Virus record (IMG/VR): IMGVR_UViG_3300033475_000014
Coordinates: 1-64,000 of that record
DNA length: 64,000 bases
Strand: one strand, 5' to 3'
From: a virus
Lineage: Duplodnaviria; Caudoviricetes
The notes beneath the pieces are model-generated. The model had not been told where the DNA came from, did not search any database, and was given only the letters and a program-made list of their open reading frames with translations. Both the position numbers and the translations under genes were made by a program. Shown one piece after another: positions 53,495 through 63,611 of the stretch (position 1 is the first letter of the stretch; every line of letters starts with the position of its first letter).

Positions 53495-56400
53495 GATTTC
53501 TCCTTTATTGCGTTGCCGCTTGATTGCAGCAGTTTACGAATTGCAGCAGTTGAACCAACTCGGTTGAAAGATGACTTAGGAATCTTGAAGCTAGACTTTC
53601 TACCCTTCTTTCCACCTTTTTTGCCAGAGCCAGATTTTTTTGAGCCGTCGTCGAGCTTTACGTTGCCGTATTTGTCCCTGAACTTGTTAGTTTTCTCTAG
53701 GCCAGCATTAACGAGCGCATCACCATACGCGAGGATGCCTTCTACTTTTTTCTTGCCGTCAGGGTCAGTGGATACAAGGTTGTATACGTCCTGTTTGCTC
53801 ATGTTGTAAAGATCTACGGTGTCGTTGTCGTAATCTTTTTGAACAGCTAACTTATTTAGTTCTTTCTGCTTCTTGGCCTTTTGAACAGTCGACCAATCCT
53901 TAGATTTAGAGTCGAAGTCTTCTTTAGCAGATTGATACTTGTCAGCGTATGTTTCAGATGATGGATCAGTAGACTTTGTGTAGTCAGCTACCGAACGTGT
54001 ACCCTCTTGGAGCTTGCGTTGGTTAGTAGTGAGTTTCTTTGGCTCATACCCATTACCTGGGTTAAGTGCATCCTGTTTGCTGTATGTGACCGCGTTAACA
54101 TCTGTCTTAAGTCTGTTAAGGGCACTCATCTTATCATCTTGAGATAGTGATGTATATTCGGGAGAATTAATTAGTTGGTCCCGCGCCGCTCTATAGGCAT
54201 CATCTGCATATTGTGAAGAAGGCGTGCTTGATGCGCCGAGGAACCGGTTACTGATAGAAGATCCTAATGGCGTACCTTTTACTTCGTTTGGTGAGATGAC
54301 TCCAGCGTTTGCAAGTGCATTATCGCTAACATTTAGCGCGGTTTGGCCGGCTCCTCCTGCAGATGTCTTTATAAAGTTGTCGATCTGGCGCGGCGATAGG
54401 TTAAGTGCTTTACCAAGTGTTTTTGCAGTACCACTTGTGTAGTCGCCGTATTGCTCGCTTGCCGGTAATTCCTTCTGACTTTCAGGAACGATGTCATTAC
54501 CGGTGAATAGGTTCTTATTGTTCAATGCCTCGATCCCCGGTTTCAAAGCCTGAGGCAATAACTGGTTTTCAGCTTCTCGTGCAGAACCTACATTCAGTGA
54601 AGTAGTTGTACCTACTAGTCCAGCTAGTGCTTTCTTTGAGTCGAAGTTCTTGTCGCCGTTTTCGGCTTCAACGCCATTTCTTGCGATGTTGTTAAGGTTA
54701 GCAAGTTCCTGAGACACAGGGATTTTAACAACATTCCATCTACCGGTGGTAGGGTCTTTCACTGGGTTATCTGGGACGATAATTATGTTGCCTTCTTTTT
54801 CATATTCGCTAATATCGTCGTAAGCAGCTTTACGTTTAGGATCACTAATATTCCACAGTGTTGTTGTCACTGTAGGGAGTGTGCTGAGTACCGCGACCTT
54901 AGCAGCGGTCTGAAGAGGTCGTTCTTTAGTATTGCGTACGAATGTTCTAGCGCCTTGTATACCAGCATTTAAGTAAGGAAGAACGCTATTAAGTACACTC
55001 CCGTACTCACCCGCACGTGCAAAGTTAATTGTGTTGTTACGTGCTGCGTGTGCTCCATATCGTTTTGCTTCATCTTCAGAAGCCCCCTTAGCAAGAGCGG
55101 CGCCCTTATTCCCGTAGTACTGTAGCGCGCGTGTAAACTCCTCTGATCGCCCAATCGTATTCTCAACAGCACGTAGAAGCTCTCCTGGGTGAGTTACTGT
55201 ATAGAGTGTTTTGGTTCCCGCGTTTTTATCAGCACGTATTCTGGCGACAGTCTGTTTAGGTGCATCGCGTGCAATATCAAATGATGTACCGCCAGCTCCT
55301 TCTCGTAACAATTCACCATATGCTTTACTATTGTGGTTTAGCGAAGCAGCTGTTGCCTTACCTAGGGCTTTAGGGTTAAGTATGGATGATCGTAGTGGGT
55401 GCTCTGAATTAAGCGCTGCAGATGCCATGTCCTTTGCAAGGTTGGCCAACGTAAACCCTACGTTTACACCAGTAGCACCAAGCCTAAGCGTCCTAGTAGG
55501 GACTTGTAGCATCTTAATTAGGATGTTCGATTGCTCTTTATTGAGCGATTTTGCAGCTGCAGCAATCTCAGGCGTTGTCTCGAATCTACGAACTTTACCG
55601 TTATCAATGTATGAGATAGTTGGTTTACTTCCAACTATCTCGCTTGGCTTTAGCTCTCGTAAACTGAACGGGTTACCAGGTAAGTCTTTGTAGCTAGCAA
55701 GAATAGACGCAGCTTTATTGCGTTCACCTTGTTTGATTACGTCTGACGTTTTAGCAGCGATTGAAGCTAGTGGACTCTCGATCTGCCGCTCAGATCCCTT
55801 AATCCTTTGGACTACAGATTGGCCGGATATTGATGCCTTACCGCTCCCATTGCCCTTAAATGTTCTCGTTTCAGCGTCACCGAATATGCGGTTTGCGGGT
55901 ACATAGTTAGGGTATTGCTTCTTGAGCTTTGTAGCCGTTGCCTTAGAGATGAGCCCGTAGTCTACCGTCTTATCTAGTAGGTCTTGGTTGTATTTCGTGA
56001 TCGCTTGCGCATGAGGCTCGTATGTCGGAGCAAGTGACTGGACAAGTTGGCGATCGGCTTCTAGATTTCTACCAGTCTTAATGCCATTTGCTTCAAGATC
56101 TGCAGCATGCTTAGCAATAAGGTATTGATCTAGAGCTTTAGTATCGGGGACATTCTGAATTACGTCTGCTAGGCCATTGTCTTTGACGTACTGACCAGCT
56201 ATTGTGTCACTTCTTAGAACCCTATCTAATTGAGGGGTAATGTGGTTTGCGTCACCGATTTTAATGTTTGCGCCGTTCTTGTTCGCTGTCTTAAGAGTGT
56301 TTTCGATAGGTGATAGGCTATCAATAAGCTTAGAGTTGATCTCCTTACGAAGATTAGTAATAGGATTCGCGCTACCTTGCTTTCGCGCAGCGTCTTGTAG

Positions 56401-57411
56401 CTGCTGCTGTTGTCTCAGGTATGACCTTGTATCAAGTGTAGGTGGAGCTGTTTCAGGTTCAGGCGATGGTATCTGCTCAACTCGGCGTGGAGCTGCGGCA
56501 ACTTTGTTAACAGATGGGATCCTGCCTACTGTTGGTGTCTGCTGTTCCCTTACACGTTGAATAGCAGTACCGAGCCGTGTTTTACCGCTGCGGAGCGCTC
56601 CTCCTGCTAGCCCACCTACCAATGAAGCTCCTCCTGCCTGTAGACCGGCAGCCATTGCTTGATTAGGATCGAATGACGTGAAGTTACTGTTAATTCCTTG
56701 ATCCACAGCGTTAAGTCCCGCAAATGTAGGGACATCAATTGCTGCATTTGTCCCTGCCTTGACTCCAACATTCGCTGATCGACGAAGAGTATCGTTTGCA
56801 ATATTCTGAGTTACCTTCTCACCTAATCCTTCGGCCAGTTTTCCACCACCAGGGAGTACGTACGGTGCATAGTGAATACCTGTACTAGTAGCTTCTTTGG
56901 CAAACTGGAGGGGGGACGCTGTGCCTCGTGCTACATCGAGTGGAACCACGGAATGCTGTAGGTTGTTGTATACCTCTTGGTTTGTAGCATTAATGAGATT
57001 CTTAGTATTCTTACCACCGTTAAATAATTTGTCTGCACCGATCATTGCCCCACCCACAGCAGCCGTGACAGGTATAGCGACGGTGTTCACTACCTTATTC
57101 GCATCGTCAATCGTAGGCTTAATAACAGCGTTATCAAGCGTTGGCTGAGGAGCTGGTTTTGCATTAATAGTAGGTTCAGGGTTTATATTCTGCCCGAGTA
57201 GCTTCTTCTGTGGATTGAGGCTCGATGCATGGATAAGACTAGTATTTACCTGGGGCTGTAGGAGTTTTGGCTGCTGTGGAGTTAAAGGCGTATTAACGGA
57301 CACCTGTGGACGTGCGACAGACTGTTGGGTTTGCTGTGGTTGTTGCTGAGGCTTCTTCTTTTTATCAGGAACAAGGCCCAGTAGTTTTCCGATGGCGCCA
57401 AAAATATCCAC
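53491..57411 (-). CDS. Large DNA ejection / polyvalent protein (LPD38-like C-terminal region)
   Basis: SE..TR...Y...AR..TINF.R.G...PYLNA.IQG followed by a KIP..QE region; 1306 aa. Confidence 0.7.
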   Translation of the reverse strand: MDIFGAIGKLLGLVPDKKKKPQQQPQQTQQSVARPQVSVNTPLTPQQPKLLQPQVNTSLIHASSLNPQKKLLGQNINPEPTINAKPAPQPTLDNAVIKPTIDDANKVVNTVAIPVTAAVGGAMIGADKLFNGGKNTKNLINATNQEVYNNLQHSVVPLDVARGTASPLQFAKEATSTGIHYAPYVLPGGGKLAEGLGEKVTQNIANDTLRRSANVGVKAGTNAAIDVPTFAGLNAVDQGINSNFTSFDPNQAMAAGLQAGGASLVGGLAGGALRSGKTRLGTAIQRVREQQTPTVGRIPSVNKVAAAPRRVEQIPSPEPETAPPTLDTRSYLRQQQQLQDAARKQGSANPITNLRKEINSKLIDSLSPIENTLKTANKNGANIKIGDANHITPQLDRVLRSDTIAGQYVKDNGLADVIQNVPDTKALDQYLIAKHAADLEANGIKTGRNLEADRQLVQSLAPTYEPHAQAITKYNQDLLDKTVDYGLISKATATKLKKQYPNYVPANRIFGDAETRTFKGNGSGKASISGQSVVQRIKGSERQIESPLASIAAKTSDVIKQGERNKAASILASYKDLPGNPFSLRELKPSEIVGSKPTISYIDNGKVRRFETTPEIAAAAKSLNKEQSNILIKMLQVPTRTLRLGATGVNVGFTLANLAKDMASAALNSEHPLRSSILNPKALGKATAASLNHNSKAYGELLREGAGGTSFDIARDAPKQTVARIRADKNAGTKTLYTVTHPGELLRAVENTIGRSEEFTRALQYYGNKGAALAKGASEDEAKRYGAHAARNNTINFARAGEYGSVLNSVLPYLNAGIQGARTFVRNTKERPLQTAAKVAVLSTLPTVTTTLWNISDPKRKAAYDDISEYEKEGNIIIVPDNPVKDPTTGRWNVVKIPVSQELANLNNIARNGVEAENGDKNFDSKKALAGLVGTTTSLNVGSAREAENQLLPQALKPGIEALNNKNLFTGNDIVPESQKELPASEQYGDYTSGTAKTLGKALNLSPRQIDNFIKTSAGGAGQTALNVSDNALANAGVISPNEVKGTPLGSSISNRFLGASSTPSSQYADDAYRAARDQLINSPEYTSLSQDDKMSALNRLKTDVNAVTYSKQDALNPGNGYEPKKLTTNQRKLQEGTRSVADYTKSTDPSSETYADKYQSAKEDFDSKSKDWSTVQKAKKQKELNKLAVQKDYDNDTVDLYNMSKQDVYNLVSTDPDGKKKVEGILAYGDALVNAGLEKTNKFRDKYGNVKLDDGSKKSGSGKKGGKKGRKSSFKIPKSSFNRVGSTAAIRKLLQSSGNAIKEKS

Positions 57412-57848
57412 TAGATACTCCTTACCCTATCTCCTCGTTGAAGGTGGCGTTGGTATTGAGGTACTGCGGTTCCTTGGATAAGTGTGTTGAACCCATTTAG
57501 TGGGTGAGGCGAATCTACCGGTGCTTGTATTGGACTGAAAGGATGTACCGCATTCGGATCGTTTGGCTCGGCGTTATCATTCTCAAGGGTTTGAGCTCCA
57601 GTTTCCGGGTTGGTGTACACACGGTATAGAGGATTAGGCTTATTCTGTGGAATTAAATTACGCAGTTCGCTAGTCATGAACGGCTGAAGTGGTTTGGTGG
57701 TCGGTTTGTCAATAACACCCACTTTCATATTTGGATGTGATTGGAATGGTACGGCCTGTGGCATATGCTGAGCTACTGGGGCTGCCTGAGGTGCCTGCTG
57801 ATGTTGGCCTACCCCTATAAGCTTTTTAAGCGCTCCTAAAATATCCAT
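57411..57848 (-). CDS. Small ejection-module protein
   Basis: SD AAGGAGG; N-terminus resembles that of the next gene. Confidence 0.7.
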   Translation of the reverse strand: MDILGALKKLIGVGQHQQAPQAAPVAQHMPQAVPFQSHPNMKVGVIDKPTTKPLQPFMTSELRNLIPQNKPNPLYRVYTNPETGAQTLENDNAEPNDPNAVHPFSPIQAPVDSPHPLNGFNTLIQGTAVPQYQRHLQRGDRVRSI

Positions 57849-57857
57849 GTGACCTCC

Positions 57858-58922
57858 TTAGAAGGTTTGCTGTTTACGTTGGTCGTCGCCTAAGCCTAGT
57901 AGGTTATAGAATTGTCCTGCGGCGGACTGAACTGGCGATGCTCCAGGAGTTACGTTAATATCGCTAGTCTGGTATTGAGCAAGTTCAGGTGCAGTGAATT
58001 TAAGGTCATTCTTAGCTGCGATCGTTGGGTTGAGGCCAAGTGAGTCAATTTGTGCAAGAAGTGCGTTAACGCGAGCGTTATTACCCTGTGTAGCAGCACG
58101 CGCTGCATCGTATGTTTGTCCTTGTGCCTGAGCCTTCTGAAGCTGTAGCTGTGACATCTGATCGAGAAGTTGAGCTTCCTTCTCAGCGAGACTAGCCTGT
58201 AATGAATTTCGTTGGATTTGAGCCTGGCTATTAAGGTCAGTTTGGCTATCTTGAAATGACCGCTTGCGATCTTCATCGGCGGTATCGAGATTCTGAAGGT
58301 TACGTGAGTAGCCTGTTTGGATGTCACCTAGCTGGGTGTTGCCTTGGCGTGCTACAGCGAGAGGTGCTGCGTAGAGTGCTGCGCTGCTGCTGTTGCCGAG
58401 TAGTCGGCGTAGGCCAGCAGATTGCTTAGCTACGGTGTCATCAACTTTTGCGCGGGCAGTAACATTGTCGTCGATTGTACGCTGCTTAGTAGTGTCATAG
58501 TCACGCTGTGCGGCTGCGTTCTGGCCTAAGAGCTTGTTTAATGCAGCATTGTACTGACTGTTAATGTTCTGATTGCCAATATCTCGTTGACTACCGATAC
58601 GGCCAAGAGCGCTATTAACTTGACCCAGCTGGTCATCGTAGTATGCAAGCGCAGCAGGGTCATATGATGACGCTGAGGAGCCGCCAGAAGAGGAGGCAGT
58701 GTTCTGATATGGTCCCGTATCGGGACCAGAGGGTATGCTATCTTTTGTTGGCGTGCCGGTTGGCTGAGCTGGTTTACTAACTACTGTTGGGAAAAATCCA
58801 GCCTGTACACCAGATTTGCCATTGAAAGGATTCTGAAGGATAGGGACTGCGCCTTGATTGTTATTCGTCCATGGGTTCTGGACGAAGGGAATGTCAACTG
58901 TGTGACCAAGAATGTTAACCAT
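57858..58922 (-). CDS. Internal virion / ejection protein
   Basis: Gln/Ala-rich helical region. Confidence 0.75.
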   Translation of the reverse strand: MVNILGHTVDIPFVQNPWTNNNQGAVPILQNPFNGKSGVQAGFFPTVVSKPAQPTGTPTKDSIPSGPDTGPYQNTASSSGGSSASSYDPAALAYYDDQLGQVNSALGRIGSQRDIGNQNINSQYNAALNKLLGQNAAAQRDYDTTKQRTIDDNVTARAKVDDTVAKQSAGLRRLLGNSSSAALYAAPLAVARQGNTQLGDIQTGYSRNLQNLDTADEDRKRSFQDSQTDLNSQAQIQRNSLQASLAEKEAQLLDQMSQLQLQKAQAQGQTYDAARAATQGNNARVNALLAQIDSLGLNPTIAAKNDLKFTAPELAQYQTSDINVTPGASPVQSAAGQFYNLLGLGDDQRKQQTF

Positions 58923-58999
58923 AAAGAAACTCCAAATAAATTAATTGGCGTCCCTCTTTATGGATAGGTTAATATTTACCCTATTCTAGGTATAAATAA

Positions 59000-59020
59000 A
59001 CTACCTATATTATAGGTAGT
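59000..59020 (-). terminator. 10-bp perfect IR; terminator of the moron gene, containing a TATAAT
   Basis: ACTACCTATA-T-TATAGGTAGT followed by TTATTT on the minus strand. Confidence 0.55.
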
Positions 59021-59042
59021 AGTTATTGGTAAAGAATTACAG

Positions 59043-59663
59043 CTATCTAAGAAATGTAAGCGCTGAGCGGTTAATCCATCGATTACACTCATCTAAAACA
59101 GGCTTGCTTAGGTATGGGTCGGAAATATCTGAACAGTAGATTGAATGAAGTTCGTTAGCAAATTCTATTGTACCCGGCTGGAGTCCTTCTTCTAGGTAAA
59201 TCTTCATACGGTTTCTCATAAACTCATCGCCAGTATATAAGTCGTTCAGCTGTACTGTAAGGTAGTCCTTGTCTTGCTGGGGCATTTTTATCCATACAGA
59301 ATGAAGATACTCATGAGCTAGCGTATTTGCAACTGGCTCGATCTCAGAATGATTCCTGGCAATAGTTATGGTGCGTATACCGTCGAATTCGCCCTGTTGC
59401 TCCTTTGTTGCGTATCCATCTATATATCTAATTATGAGCCCCGTAGGGTCGATACGTAATTGTCTTACCAAGGGGACGAGGGCAGGGTCTACCTCAGACA
59501 CTGCCATCTGTTGGGCTTGAGTATTCGCTTCGGCTTTTGAGTATTCGCTTACTGATATATAGAATATGTTACCTACAATAAGCACAACATAAGCAAGAAT
59601 TGCAAGCCCAATCACAAGAGCTGCGCTTTTTATGCTTATAGCCTTCTTAAGGATGTTTGCCAT
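59043..59663 (-). CDS. Membrane-anchored HEXXH metallopeptidase-like moron protein
   Basis: N-terminal TM; LAHEYLH...NELH; own TTGACA-17-TATAAG promoter. Confidence 0.7.
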   Translation of the reverse strand: MANILKKAISIKSAALVIGLAILAYVVLIVGNIFYISVSEYSKAEANTQAQQMAVSEVDPALVPLVRQLRIDPTGLIIRYIDGYATKEQQGEFDGIRTITIARNHSEIEPVANTLAHEYLHSVWIKMPQQDKDYLTVQLNDLYTGDEFMRNRMKIYLEEGLQPGTIEFANELHSIYCSDISDPYLSKPVLDECNRWINRSALTFLR

Positions 59664-59779
59664 ATCTAAATATACTTATAGCAAATTATACAACGTTTGT
59701 CAACCTGCTCGATGGTGATTTAATTAGATGATAACTATTATATAGTTGCTATGTTTAGTAATTATGCTATACTACTAGT

Positions 59780-59875
59780 AGTGCTTGTTCGGGCGAAAGC
59801 CTAACGCTCTGCCAAGGAATCTCCTATGCAGGAATGCAAGCACCACAAATTAGCTGACCATCGGTCGGCTTTTTT
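59780..59875 (+). ncRNA. Structured sRNA in the moron cassette
   Basis: TTGCTA-16-TATACT promoter with extended TG; GTGCTTG/CAAGCAC stem, GGC-GAAA-GCC hairpin, CTGC/GCAG stem, AGCTGACC/GGTCGGCT plus T tract. Confidence 0.65.
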
Positions 59876-59877
59876 GT

Positions 59878-60270
59878 TTACTTATATCTGATACCATAGA
59901 AGTGTAGACGTCCCTCTCCAAGTTTTCTGAGCGTAACTACTACATTGGCACTGCTCTTGCCGACTTTGCCATATAGTTCATAATGCACAGCTACTTTCCC
60001 GTTCTTGAATTTTGGTTTATCTTCTTTTATGAATTTAGAGCCGAGTATGATGCCTGGTGCGTGCTCCATCAAGAGTAACCGATTGTAAGCATCCTCACTA
60101 CTCCTACGCGATCCTCGGCCATCCATATGGAGATGTTCGAACCCGTCGAAAGTAAAGTGCACTGTCTCCCGCAACATATAACATCTCACCGAAGGCAACT
60201 TCTTGTATTCCCTTCGCTTAAGAGCGATGAGCTGTTTAAGAGTCACCTTTGATTTGTCTATATATGCCAT
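59878..60270 (-). CDS. Putative RelE/PBECR-like nuclease-fold protein
   Basis: V.FT.DGF.HL...R...RL.L...V.LRK.G.G.LHFY pattern recalled from a CPR-common family; own TGTATACT promoter. Confidence 0.5.
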   Translation of the reverse strand: MAYIDKSKVTLKQLIALKRREYKKLPSVRCYMLRETVHFTFDGFEHLHMDGRGSRRSSEDAYNRLLLMEHAPGIILGSKFIKEDKPKFKNGKVAVHYELYGKVGKSSANVVVTLRKLGEGRLHFYGIRYK

Positions 60271-60393
60271 AACTCGCTATAGTATACAATATGTAACCCT
60301 TTAGAGCCATATTACCGCGAAAGCGATGACTACTAACATAAGAATAGACACCCAGCCAGACGGCGGGTACTTCTCCTTACTGCTGGCCACAAG

Positions 60394-61038
60394 TTAAGCG
60401 CCCACACCAAGCAGGGTAAGATTATGTGCCGTACTGCCACCACCGCCAGCAAGGTATTGGAGTTCTGTGGTCTTGGTAATCCAAGAGACAGATGCTGACA
60501 GTGTTTGGTTGTTAAAGCTATACGATGAAAGCGGTGTATTACTATCGAATATGCAGTTATCATCTGAGCCACTCTTATACTCAGTCACAAGTGTCATACT
60601 CGTAGGCGGGTGCGACCCGATGTTACCTGTAATACCTTTGCCTGTTGCAGTGATAATCACCCAGTCATTGCCTGGGCTCGCATAGGTAACGATACCCGAA
60701 GATGACATCGTACTACTGCTTGCTGCCTGACCTGCTGTTTGTACAAACGGTGTGGTCGCATTTATACCAGTGTATATCGCGTAGGCGACTGACGTAGTAT
60801 TCGTGAAAGTCGGTACCGTGTCGCCGCCCACAGCGTACTTATATACAAGGCGCAGTGCGCTACCACCAGTAGCTTCTGTGCCTGATGTAACCGAGGTATA
60901 GCCAGTAGGGATACTTGGTACAGTTGTGCTGGCACTGTTCATAAGATTAAGAACAATAAGATCACCAGCAGCCCATGTTCCCGTAAAAGTCACTGACCCT
61001 GCTGCGCCATTGCCTGATGTTTGTCGACTTATTGCCAT
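60394..61038 (-). CDS. Virion structural (tail) protein
   Basis: Ser/Thr/Gly-rich; GDLIVL...P.GY motif. Confidence 0.75.
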   Translation of the reverse strand: MAISRQTSGNGAAGSVTFTGTWAAGDLIVLNLMNSASTTVPSIPTGYTSVTSGTEATGGSALRLVYKYAVGGDTVPTFTNTTSVAYAIYTGINATTPFVQTAGQAASSSTMSSSGIVTYASPGNDWVIITATGKGITGNIGSHPPTSMTLVTEYKSGSDDNCIFDSNTPLSSYSFNNQTLSASVSWITKTTELQYLAGGGGSTAHNLTLLGVGA

Positions 61039-61044
61039 ACCAGC

Positions 61045-62037
61045 CTACTTATAGAAGAAGTTAACATCACATGTCGCTCCTGTTGAACCTGTTCGAGTCG
61101 TGGTACAAGCAAAACTAATTGCCGTACCGAATGCGATACCTTTATCGAAGTTAACTGTAACACCACCTGAAGCAGGAATGCCGATAGATAATGTAGGAGT
61201 AGTCGTACCAAGTGTGACTGATCCAGAAGCAACGTTGAATATTTGTACATACGCTACTGCTGCTGTGGTGTTAAATAAGTGGTACCCGTACAGCTGCCCC
61301 GCCGAAGCCTTGATAGCGGTTGCTGTAGCGCCTACAGAACCCGTGACGATGCTCAGGCCACCTGAGGTTACAGGAGTGTCTACAACTGCGTTAGTTGTGC
61401 CTGGTGTTGTTTGGTCAATTCCAACCTTACCTACTAACGCTGACCCAGCTACCAGTGCTGGTAGACGCGTTACGTCTACGTCGAGGCCGTTGGTAGTATC
61501 ACTACGTAACCTATCCCAGGTTGTACCGTTGTACCCCATAAGGAACGACTGGTTCTGGTCTAGGTCAGTCTCGTTAGAATACGCGTCAGCCGCACGCTGA
61601 GATGCAGCACGTACAGCATCCCTATTCAATATAGTCTGTAGACGGAATGAGGTTTGTAGGGTACCGCCATTAGTATAGACAATGCGGAAGTATCGCGCCT
61701 GGCGCGGGACTGCGAATGTCTTACCGGTTGTGGCAGGAATAGTGTAGGTGTCAGTGACATCCCAGTTTGTGTTATCTGATGACTGCTGAATGGAGAGACC
61801 ATCCGTGGCAGATGCGTGTGAAGCAATGACCGAAATACGCAGTTCGTTATACGCTAGGACATCCTCCGATGTACCAGTAAATACCCCAGCAGCAGCTAGT
61901 ACTGAAGTAGTTGAGTTATTTGTAGATACCACGCCGGGTTCGCCGACGGGAAGAGCACTCTGGTCAGAGGCGATTACTACAGGCGAACTATTAGCCATTG
62001 TCGCTTGGCCGTTTGCATTGGGTGGTACGTAAGTCAC
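61045..62037 (-). CDS. Virion structural protein
   Basis: SSDNTNW...Y.RIVYTNGG..QT.FRLQ module shared with 23612-25129. Confidence 0.75.
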   Translation of the reverse strand: MTYVPPNANGQATMANSSPVVIASDQSALPVGEPGVVSTNNSTTSVLAAAGVFTGTSEDVLAYNELRISVIASHASATDGLSIQQSSDNTNWDVTDTYTIPATTGKTFAVPRQARYFRIVYTNGGTLQTSFRLQTILNRDAVRAASQRAADAYSNETDLDQNQSFLMGYNGTTWDRLRSDTTNGLDVDVTRLPALVAGSALVGKVGIDQTTPGTTNAVVDTPVTSGGLSIVTGSVGATATAIKASAGQLYGYHLFNTTAAVAYVQIFNVASGSVTLGTTTPTLSIGIPASGGVTVNFDKGIAFGTAISFACTTTRTGSTGATCDVNFFYK

Positions 62038-63611
62038 TAGATTATCCTCCAGTTTGAACCATCAGAAACAACTTCGAGAGACTGATTTGGAATAATCGTT
62101 GCTGTCGTACTACCGTCGATCGTTTGTGATGATGTCGTTGATATAGTTTTATTTGTTGTGTGGATGTTCTTAATGGTGTATGAGTTGGTGTTAGACACAG
62201 CCGTAGGTAGGGTCGGTGCACCACCGCTTCCTACGAACACCACATAATCGGTAGACGATGAAGCACCAAGCGTTACAGATGTAGTGATGGTCGAGATATT
62301 TCTTGTAATTCCAGTACCACCGCCTGCGTACTGAGGAATATTGAGCGTGTTTCCAACTAAGGTTGCAGCGCCGCTCGTACCAGTAGTCGTGAGTGTGATT
62401 GTTCCCTGCTTAGCAGCTAAATCTGATGTAAGGTTTGTTACCTGGCTCTCGGCGATTTGAATCGATGTGTTGCTAGCGGCTGTGATCAGCCCCTTGGCGT
62501 TTACAGTAAACCCAGCAACCTGAGTGGCTGACCCGAATGATCCCACATTTGAGTTCACCGTAGCTAAAGTAGTAGCGTTGGTGTTATTTGCAGACCCGTT
62601 GAATCCAGAACCAGAGCTCGTTACATCACCTGTAAGTATCCCGATCGTACGAGATGTAGTGAGAGTAGCAGCGCTCCCTGTCGTGTTCTGATTGAGTGTA
62701 GGGAATGTGTTAGTTCCAGAGGTGAGGTCTTTGTTGGTGACGGTATTAGAGGTGGTGTCGCCCATCAAATTTGTAGTAGCGTTTGGAAGCGTCAGTGTTC
62801 TGTTCGCAGTAGGTGTCCCAGCGAATATAAACTTGTTAGCCGTCCCCATAAATAGAGACAACGAATCATTTGCAGATATGCCGGCTCCGAAAGAAGCTCC
62901 CAAGTCGTCTATATAGGTTGCTACGCCGATCGAAGCGAAGTCGAGAGAAACCCCCTGATTGGTAGGAAAGAATAGAGATCCGCCAGCACTCATAGTAACT
63001 GGTGAGTTCTTTATAATCTTCCCTGTTGTACCGTTGAATATCACTAGCGCTAGGTCTGTTGAACTAGCTGGCCCTGTGACGTCTCCGGTTCCGGCAGTGC
63101 CGCTTGATGCAGAGGTGACACGTCCTTGTGCATCGACTGTTACGCTTGCATTTGTATAGCTGCCTGGTGTAACCGCTGTGTTCGCAAGTGTAAGAGTTCT
63201 GTTAGCTGAAAGATCACCGCCACCTGTTAATCCGGTGCCAGCTGATATAGTTGTTGATTTATCTGTTTTCAAGTTTAAGGCTGTCTGTGTTGCCGTAGAA
63301 ACGGGTTTGCTAGCATCACTTGTGTTATCAACATTTCCAAGCCCAACGTCCCCTTTTACGAGGCTATGCCAGCTAGTGTCGTAGTTTGTTCCGGATGCTT
63401 TCTGCAGCACTTGTCCTGTAGTACCACCCGTAGCTACCCCCGGTCCTGTCGCACCCGTAGGCCCAGTAGCTCCGGTGTCACCTTTTGGGCCCTGAACTAC
63501 TGAAGTACCAACGGTCGTCTGCCGGGTAACAGCTGAAACATTTGAGCTTGCGTTCTGGTCAAGCCCTGATAGATTTACCGCTATGTTGATTCGTTCAGTA
63601 GGTGTAGCCAT
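62037..63611 (-). CDS. Tail fibre protein
   Basis: Collagen GPKGDTG, DVGLGNVDNTSD and VTVDAQGRVT repeats. Confidence 0.85.
   Translation of the reverse strand: MATPTERINIAVNLSGLDQNASSNVSAVTRQTTVGTSVVQGPKGDTGATGPTGATGPGVATGGTTGQVLQKASGTNYDTSWHSLVKGDVGLGNVDNTSDASKPVSTATQTALNLKTDKSTTISAGTGLTGGGDLSANRTLTLANTAVTPGSYTNASVTVDAQGRVTSASSGTAGTGDVTGPASSTDLALVIFNGTTGKIIKNSPVTMSAGGSLFFPTNQGVSLDFASIGVATYIDDLGASFGAGISANDSLSLFMGTANKFIFAGTPTANRTLTLPNATTNLMGDTTSNTVTNKDLTSGTNTFPTLNQNTTGSAATLTTSRTIGILTGDVTSSGSGFNGSANNTNATTLATVNSNVGSFGSATQVAGFTVNAKGLITAASNTSIQIAESQVTNLTSDLAAKQGTITLTTTGTSGAATLVGNTLNIPQYAGGGTGITRNISTITTSVTLGASSSTDYVVFVGSGGAPTLPTAVSNTNSYTIKNIHTTNKTISTTSSQTIDGSTTATIIPNQSLEVVSDGSNWRII

Noticed and set aside
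53491-57411. Tape-measure protein
   Set aside because: Both genomes have a podovirus-type adaptor and nozzle and no tail tube or chaperone genes; the protein fits an ejection/polyvalent protein better.
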